Origin: Psilocybe cubensis
Lineage: Eukaryota
Reading direction: 5' to 3'
DNA length: 64,000 nt
NCBI GenBank assembly: GCA_017499595.2
Contig: CM039001.1
Location: 2,480,001 to 2,544,000 of the forward strand
In this document: positions 56,956 through 64,000 of the stretch, piece after piece
Layout of the letters: the number at the start of each line of letters is the position of its first letter
Numbering within the stretch: the first letter of the stretch is position 1
Translations under genes and position numbers: made by a program
The notes under the pieces: model-generated
Databases searched by the model: none
Told to the model about the DNA's origin: nothing
What the model saw: the letters and a program-made list of their open reading frames with translations, nothing else

Positions 56956-57747
56956 TCAATGTGTCTGCCCTTGGGGATTGTAGAATGCATAGTATCTTGA
57001 TAGGTGCGTCAACACTGAACATCGTTCTGTAAAAAAAACAAACTTACTCAGGTTCTTCTGGCATAGCTGTGTACATTGTCATTGCGTGAGGCCAAGTCGC
57101 ACCGTTCGGAGTCGACTGCACATATTGAGAAATTGTGGGATCAAATTCAAGGTTGACCTGTGCCACAGTTGTGCTCATTTGGCCGTTCGAGAACATGTCT
57201 TGGTTTGGGTAGTCCATTTGCATGGGAATTGCAGTGCCGGTATGAGTGCCCAACTGACTTTGTTGTTCATTATAGTGACCTTGATATCGAGTGTGGGTAT
57301 AATCATATGAAGGGCCATGGCCATGGGCGACATAGTTGGGATACAACGCACTAGTATAGGCATCGTTCCACTGCAGCTGTGTCGACATTGGAAGCTGAGT
57401 CGACGGGGCAATTGGTTGCAACCGAAAGTGCCCTTGCGAGTACGGTGCCGATGGGTTGGGCATCGGAGTCTGTTCAGAGCTAACGGGGACAAATTGACAA
57501 TCTTTCTTTTGGCTGATACAGCGGCTACACCGTGAGTCACCGTCAGGTACTCGACACTAACGGGAGGGGAAAGTTAGAACTGTCGACGATACACTGAAGA
57601 AGGCCACGATACCCTCAGCTTCATGTTGCGACATCTAGTGCAGGCCATAGGAATGCGTTTCATATCGTCGCTGCCGGTATTCGAACGTGTAGAAACTGTA
57701 CGTTGCTTTGGTGATTCGTAGCTGCTGGTATTCGAAGGTGTAGACAT
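56956..57747 (-). CDS. Short Zn(II)2Cys6 transcription factor (3 exons)
   Basis: Hand-spliced KRIPMACTRCRNMKLR/CRVPDGDSRCSRCISQKKDCQF (C6 cluster split by an intron) followed by a Q/Y/P-rich tail; TATAAAA on the minus strand near 57807-57813. Confidence 0.88.
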
Positions 57748-57761
57748 TGTACTTTGCTTTG
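57665..57761. repeat. Two-copy imperfect direct repeat, 51-nt period, spanning the TF start codon
   Basis: tcgtcgctgccggtattcgaacgtgtagaaactgtacgttgctttg (57665-57710) versus tcgtagctgctggtattcgaaggtgtagacattgtactttgctttg (57716-57761). Confidence 0.9.
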
Positions 57762-58662
57762 CTGAGCCTGAGGTGTTACGATTAGTAGTCGTTTGAATCG
57801 AAGGGTTTTTATACCATGAATGTGCATACAGCAGTGCATTTTCACACCAAAGGACTTTTTAAGTTTTGACCTAAAAAAGTAGATCGGATCGAGAACCTGA
57901 AATAAGACGTTTGGGGAAGCAGCGAGGATTACGGCGGGGTCGAAGCAACTGGTTAAGCCTCAGGGTAGTGTATGTTTAACGCGCTGAGCATGCTTCAGAT
58001 CCCGAGCGCCAAATCAGACATCATGGTATAGATGCCGAAAATAATTTAGCTTATGTCTATCTGGATCATAGCATCAGGCAGATCGGGTTCCGAGCAAACG
58101 TACAATTTGTTGAACGGAAATCTTCAAAACTATCAAGAGCCGACGCGGAAATGTGATTTCCTTTTTGGCGTCACGACCGAGCACATGCGGCGGTTGCACC
58201 AAAATGCATTGGTGCTGAATCGATGAAAGTTCAGAGGGATAGCGAATCGGCAGGAAGTTTCATTGCATTGATTTTGTTTTTCCGTTCTTCCGATGGCAGA
58301 ATTAGTTATGTCTGGGCATTATACTGAAGGGGAGCTCGCCCATTGAGAGAGCTTTCTTGACCAAGATCCAGATAAACAATACCACGCACCGCAATTGCAA
58401 ACCATTGGAGACTGATCTTAACACAGATCCTTCATGGTCATAACCAGGGTTTGTCAATCAACTTTGTGGACACCCTCCGCCTGCCATTTGTGGCGATATC
58501 GCCGTGAGAACGCTTCATGCGTCAAAAAGAACTATTGTTCGCGAACTTAGGTAAACATGACAGCACAGCTGAATAGCGGAATCCAAAACACTCGAGGGGG
58601 TTTTCCATGTTACACGGGTAAAAATAAACGTACACAGACACTGATCACAGATGGTTCCGTCA

Positions 58663-59655
58663 TTAAAGAGCCAAATAGTCGCGGACTTCCTCTTCAGTAA
58701 GTTTCCTGAAAGTAGGTTTCGGCCGACCTGTTTCGCCTCCAATCTTGCCCTCTTCCAGTTCTGCGGGCGTTGGGACAGTAACTACACCGATTTCAATAGT
58801 CTTCTCAGTCATTTGACCCTCAAATCCTTCCTTAAGGGTCAAAAGTGCAGTGTGGATGGCATCCTCCAGACTGATGTCATCGTTATACCTGGAAAGCGCG
58901 GAATGAACTCAAACAATAGCGTCAGAATATGGTCAATCACCCACCTCTTTTCCAGGAAAGTTTTGGCATTGATCATGTTTTTCCCGATCGCGCTTGCTTT
59001 CCATGCCCAAAAGGAACCGGAAGGATCAACTTGATAAAGGGAAGGACCTCGATGGCTGTCCCAGCCTGCAACTAGTAATGATACACCATAAGGCCTTACA
59101 CCTCTAGATTGCACTTCGATTAACGACAGAAATCGGCAATCAAGCTTTAAGGTGACCTTACCCTGATTGTGTAGCTTGCTGCATGACTGTCGCAATTTCC
59201 TGTGTCAGCACTCTTGTAGGTGGGTATTCCCCATAGATCTTCCAGTATGCCTGAGCACTCTTTCGCGCCTTCGTGACAAGTATCCGAAAGTCTGGTCCCA
59301 TCCCTGAGTAAACGATTCCAATGTTGGGGCAGATCGTAGCTACTTTCTCAATCACAGAGTCGTCGATGAGGATAGAGGATGTCTTCTTTTCAGTGGCAAT
59401 GACAATTCCATTTGTGGCTGTCGAATGGTTTAGTATGCCAGTTCCCATGAGTTGCCGCCGTAATACTAATGGCACACCTTTGATACCAAGACTTGTTGTG
59501 CCCTGCGATACGGCAGCAAGTGCGTGTTCAATCTGAACAAGCTTTCCACTTGGGGAGAAGACGGTCAAAGAATAACTATACCCAAGGATGAGTAGAAACA
59601 TCAAGGTGAGATGAGATAAGGTATACCTATAAGCACCACCGTCGGCGCTAGCCAT
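58663..59655 (-). CDS. PRE8: 20S proteasome subunit alpha2
   Basis: [56 protein letters not shown]. Confidence 0.96.
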
Positions 59656-59920
59656 GTTTACGAGGGGATGTTAGAGAGGTAGAAGGTATACTGATTAATT
59701 GAAGTTGGACAATGCACGACGCGCGTCTGGGTTGCGTGTGCTTTATTTGGCTTTGTTTTTATCAACGCGTGTACGACTTACAGGACCGCTTAGATTAGAT
59801 CAAAATAGGGGTTCGAATATACGCGTTCATTCATTTACAAGTTCAATTTTACAAGTTGTATATTTATTACCCTTAATCAAACTACCCATAATTAACCCCC
59901 AGACCAATAACTACGCTAAT

Positions 59921-60911
59921 TCAGTCAACCTTCAGAGGGGTGGTTCTCAAATACGGCTACGGAGAAAGTTCCGTCAGAATCTGCCATTGAGTCTATACTA
60001 AGTTACTCACAAGGTGTTGGCTGAATTCGGGGAAGAGGGTCTTGGCCTCGTCGTTAGTGACAGATGGGTGGACAATCACATCGTCTCCCTTCTTCCAGTT
60101 GACTGGAGTAGTTACGCGATGCTTGTCTCCAATTTGAAGAGCTGAGATGCAATTCTACTTTAGTGACTCAGATCACATTATAAGACTTTCGCTTACAGTC
60201 AACAACACTAGAGATAAAGTTCATAAGCGGTGGAAATAAAAGGATCTGGAGAAAAAAACTAACCGGATGATTTCATCGAAGTTGCGTCCCGTAGAAGCAG
60301 GGTATGCAAGGGTAAGGCGGATCGTCTTTTTAGGGTCAATCACGAATACCGTGCGGATCTAAACCCAGATGAGTATAAATAACCACGAAGAACTGTAGCT
60401 AAACATACGGTGAAAGGAAGACCCTTGGCATCACGGTTGGTCGCGTCTTGTTCGTCCAACATGTCATAGAGGGTCGAGATTTTACGGTCGGGATCGGCAA
60501 TCTAGAACGGGATTTGGTGGTCGAATCGTTGAGAATGATTCCCAGAACTTACGATGGGGAATTGGACGTCTGTGGGTCCAACGTTGGCTCCATACGAGTT
60601 GATGTCCTTCACCCACTTCTCGTGTTCATCGAGACCGTTGGCAGAAATACCAATGACCTTGACATTGCGCTTCTTGAAGTCTTCCGAGCGGCGAGCAACC
60701 TCACCAAGCTCAGTGGTGCAAACGGGGGTGAAGTCTCCGGGATGAGAGAACAAGATGGCCTTGACGATAGATAAGATATATGCGGTGCGAACTGATCAAA
60801 AGGTCCGGGTCTCACCCAAGAGTCGCCAATCCAGTCGTGGAACTTGATGGGACCAGCAGTGGTCTGCGCCTCAAAGTCGGGGGCGATGTTTCCGAGACGA
60901 AGAGAAGGCAT
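59921..60911 (-). CDS. 1-Cys peroxiredoxin (Prx6 type)
   Basis: [47 protein letters not shown]. Confidence 0.95.
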
Positions 60912-61165
60912 TGGAAGTAAGGATGAGTATGTACAAGGACAAGGACAAGGGGTGAATCTAATTAATTTCAAGTTCCCCTGCTGGGGCTCCTAAATACTAT
61001 ACGATCGCGTCTTAAATTCTCACGCTTACTTGACTTTTGGCATCTCTTGCGTTCACATTGCGTGCTCGACTAGACTCCAATATCAATTGTCAAATATCCT
61101 TTTTCCGTCTACCACAAGAACCTCAATAAATCCATATTTCCCATCGTATGTCGGGAGTCCGGCTT

Positions 61166-62310
61166 CTAATAGAACGCCACAGCGTGCAGGAGGCTATGCG
61201 GATGTTTCTCTTGTTGTACTTCTAAGATTTTGTCAATGCTTTCATCTATGTCCTCAGCCGCTTCAATCTGATGCGCGAGGTCAGCTTCCATTGTGGAGGA
61301 AACAAGATGGGCAGCTGATTTTAATCTGCTCACCGCTGCTGCCAAGTCAATCATTGCTTTCCCAGCAATAAGTGCTTCTTCATGGTTATCTTTGATCTCC
61401 ATGTTTATGATGTGAACGGGTTTATTAAATTCCCCACCCCGCGTCAAGAGGTCTGTACAAAATGTCGTCATTTATCATCAACAAAATAGACATCACATTC
61501 ACTGACCATCGCAAACAGCGTCAAAACACCTCTCTTCACATGTTATAACAATATCCGCTACAGTTCTACTATCCTGCCATCGTTCTGGTGCTAGTTTAAT
61601 ATTCCTGTTCCGATCCAACATTGGAAGGAGTCCGTTTGCTGTGTATCTTGATTGAAGTCAAATTATGGAAATGAAGAATATAGAGCTAACCAACTCACAG
61701 TCGAGGATCTTTGGCGTTCAGCTCTTCATAAATGGCGTTATACGCGGTTCCAAATGGGTATATGTTGGGTTTATCAATTGAAGGACCTGGTAGCCGTACT
61801 GCTGAGCCCGTGCCAGAAGATATTACACGAAACCCTGCTTTACTGTGACCAGAATTCAGAAACGAGAATTCATTACGAGATATGATGATCTAAGCTCACG
61901 ATAAAACATGATGTCCTTCCATTGACCTGTTCTGTTGGGAAAGGTGAGTACTCCATTCACAGAGCGAAATCGACAGTATTACTCGCTTGGTTGCTAGCGC
62001 ATACTACGCAAAACAAAGGTCGTTGTTTATACATTGACGTTGATGAAGTGCTGGATGTTGGTTGCGCCTCGTTGTTTGTTTGTGGGGCCGCAATATCTGA
62101 GCCTGTGTGTGCAGTTGCTTGAAATTGCAAAGTTGTATCTGCAGAAGACGCGTTGTTTGGGTTTGCGTCCCATTGTTGTGCTGAGGTAGCATTGTACTGA
62201 GCGTTATATGATACAGAAGGTGCCATGGGCGTTGGTTGTGTTGCCTGAGGCTGTTGCAGACGGGGATCAGCACGAGCCAGACGAGGATCTCGAGCTTTGC
62301 GTGGATCCAT
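61166..62310 (-). CDS. SSU72: RNA polymerase II CTD phosphatase Ssu72 with N-terminal extension
   Basis: [15 protein letters not shown] catalytic CX5[42 protein letters not shown]. Confidence 0.95.
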
Positions 62311-62895
62311 GTTGACACAGACGAAGTTGTATATTTAATTAGACTGTGGGTAATGCTAGTCAGCACATGTTTGAGTATGGTGATCATAAAGGTGATAAAT
62401 TGGTGCCTCAGCAGTATCTCGAACATTGCCAGTCTGCATGTTGACCCGTGCGATATGTGTGATATGTTATTTGCCGGGTCAATGCAGCTTCCACTCTGCG
62501 TCATCGTTGGCGGGAGAGAATAAAAGTAAAAATGTACCTGAATAAATAAACTTGATAGTTGATTCTCGTTATGCGTAGTATACAAGCGATCAATGGAGAA
62601 GAGTAGAAAGGCAATGGAACGCGTTTGCCAATTCTGCGCGCGTCTTTCAAGTTGTTTGTCCGTAGTTGGCTCGATGACAAACCCAGCCAGCGGCGTGAGC
62701 GGCCCGTTACAGGTCGTAACTACTCTCTCTTAACTCCCACTCTCGACCAAGCAGAATACTAGCATAGATACAGAGTTTTCGAGTCAACGAAAATTATTAT
62801 TGTGAGGCTCTTAGAAAGCTTATCGTACAAATCTTCTGATTGTATTGACAGATAAATAAAATAATCTTATCATCTCAAGCTGCAGTTTCACCCTG

Positions 62896-64000
62896 ATGGC
62901 TGTTGCCTTCTTAGACGTTGATGTCGACGCCGTTCATCAAGCCATCCTCACCCACGAGAGGGAAATAGGTCTGATCGATGTGAAAATTCAGGGTTTGATG
63001 CAAAGCGTTCGCCGACTACAGTTCCAGAAGGATTTACACAATGCCGAAATCAGGAAATGCAAAGGAAAGATCACCCTTGCTAGTCGACTTCCCCCCGAAA
63101 TTCTAGCATATATCTTTGAATTATGCGTGCTTGATGGCCGGACTAGGACCCCTCTAATTGTTTCCCATGTTTGTTCCTCTTGGAGGATAGCTGCAACAAC
63201 TCCAACTGTGTGGTCGCACGTTTATATCAATCTCGACTCCCGATATCCATGTCAACGTACTCAATTGTGGCTTCGAAATTCCAGACAAACCCTTCTTACG
63301 ATTGAAATCGAGATCAATGCGGATACATCTCAGTTGAAGAGTACCGTGGAAGTCCTGTTGGCCGAAATTTGGAGGTGGAAAACGTTAATATTGAAGTCGT
63401 CTTCATTGGATCCCGTTAATCAGGTTCTGCGACTCTGCGACTCGCCTGCTTCCCACCTGCGTTCAATCGAGATATCAGTGTCTCAAGAATTTCTGTCGGC
63501 AATGGATGGTCTAGACGACAATCCACACGATTTGATGGGCCTCCACGCATTGTCAGCGAAAGCACCCCTCTTTCAAACATTGCGTATCCACCGTAGCCTT
63601 GTACCGGGACGCCATAGTCTTCCTCCTTCCATTACCGATTTAACATTGCAACTAACAGACCATGATGCTCCGACCATTTTGCACTCAATGTCATCCGTTT
63701 TACGTCTTCTCGGAGAACTGCCCAACCTCGAGGTCCTTGCTTTGGAAATGCCCAGTAGGGAAAATCAATCATTTTTGTTGGATGCTCAAAATGGGCATCA
63801 GGTTGAAATTTCAAATCTTAGAGCCTTAACTTTGATGGGGGACCATAACATTTTTGGTATTTTGCCTCACTTGAGAACACCCTCTCTCTGTCACCTTACT
63901 CTTAGGTCTTCGTTAAATTACCCTCAAGCACACAACACAGGTGTTTGGATCCACCGATTTATATATGAATCTTCTCCCCCTATAACCTGCTTGGAAATAC
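62896..64000 (+). CDS. F-box-like/LRR protein (basidiomycete type); runs off the window edge
   Basis: The frame from ATG 62896 reads a coiled coil, then SRLPPEILAYIFELC...VSHVCSSWRIAATTPTVWSHV, then LRR-like LPNLEVL and TPSLCHL. Confidence 0.88.
   Translation, partial: MAVAFLDVDVDAVHQAILTHEREIGLIDVKIQGLMQSVRRLQFQKDLHNAEIRKCKGKITLASRLPPEILAYIFELCVLDGRTRTPLIVSHVCSSWRIAATTPTVWSHVYINLDSRYPCQRTQLWLRNSRQTLLTIEIEINADTSQLKSTVEVLLAEIWRWKTLILKSSSLDPVNQVLRLCDSPASHLRSIEISVSQEFLSAMDGLDDNPHDLMGLHALSAKAPLFQTLRIHRSLVPGRHSLPPSITDLTLQLTDHDAPTILHSMSSVLRLLGELPNLEVLALEMPSRENQSFLLDAQNGHQVEISNLRALTLMGDHNIFGILPHLRTPSLCHLTLRSSLNYPQAHNTGVWIHRFIYESSPPITCLEI

Noticed and set aside
62004..62585. 193-aa minus-strand ORF
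   Set aside because: Alternative frame over SSU72 exon 1 and its promoter, with no protein-like features.

Overview
Gene-dense, intron-rich eukaryotic DNA from a mushroom-forming basidiomycete (Agaricales-like, inferred from the ~50-60 nt introns and the protein families). I can support about 32 protein-coding genes, mostly housekeeping: ARA2-like AKR (3' end), AP-3 mu, STI1, IBA57, COA5/PET191, GST, CCDC90/DUF1640, PYM1, GPN3, a NUGGC/SLIP-GC-like dynamin-family GTPase, a DAL5-type MFS, thiolase, ATG10, RPS1, APT1, EDEM/MNL1, an SSSCA1-like protein, a FAF1-like protein, Dicer, COX7C, an ENA ATPase, ALDH, a Zn2Cys6 factor, proteasome alpha2, 1-Cys Prx, SSU72, an F-box protein and several hypotheticals. 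I saw no transposon, tRNA, rRNA or CRISPR. The most notable observations are: (1) a 318-nt, apparently highly structured intron in ALDH (candidate intronic ncRNA or splicing regulator); (2) a Dicer with intact RNase III sites but a degenerate helicase ATPase site, a CHCC-type Zn dsRBD and three GC-AG introns; (3) an unknown protein with ~17 alternating RxxS repeats; (4) DPR repeats on SSU72; (5) 3-nt and 7-nt microexons; (6) three enzymes with dual in-frame start codons. Gene models were spliced by hand and family calls come from recalled motifs, not database searches.
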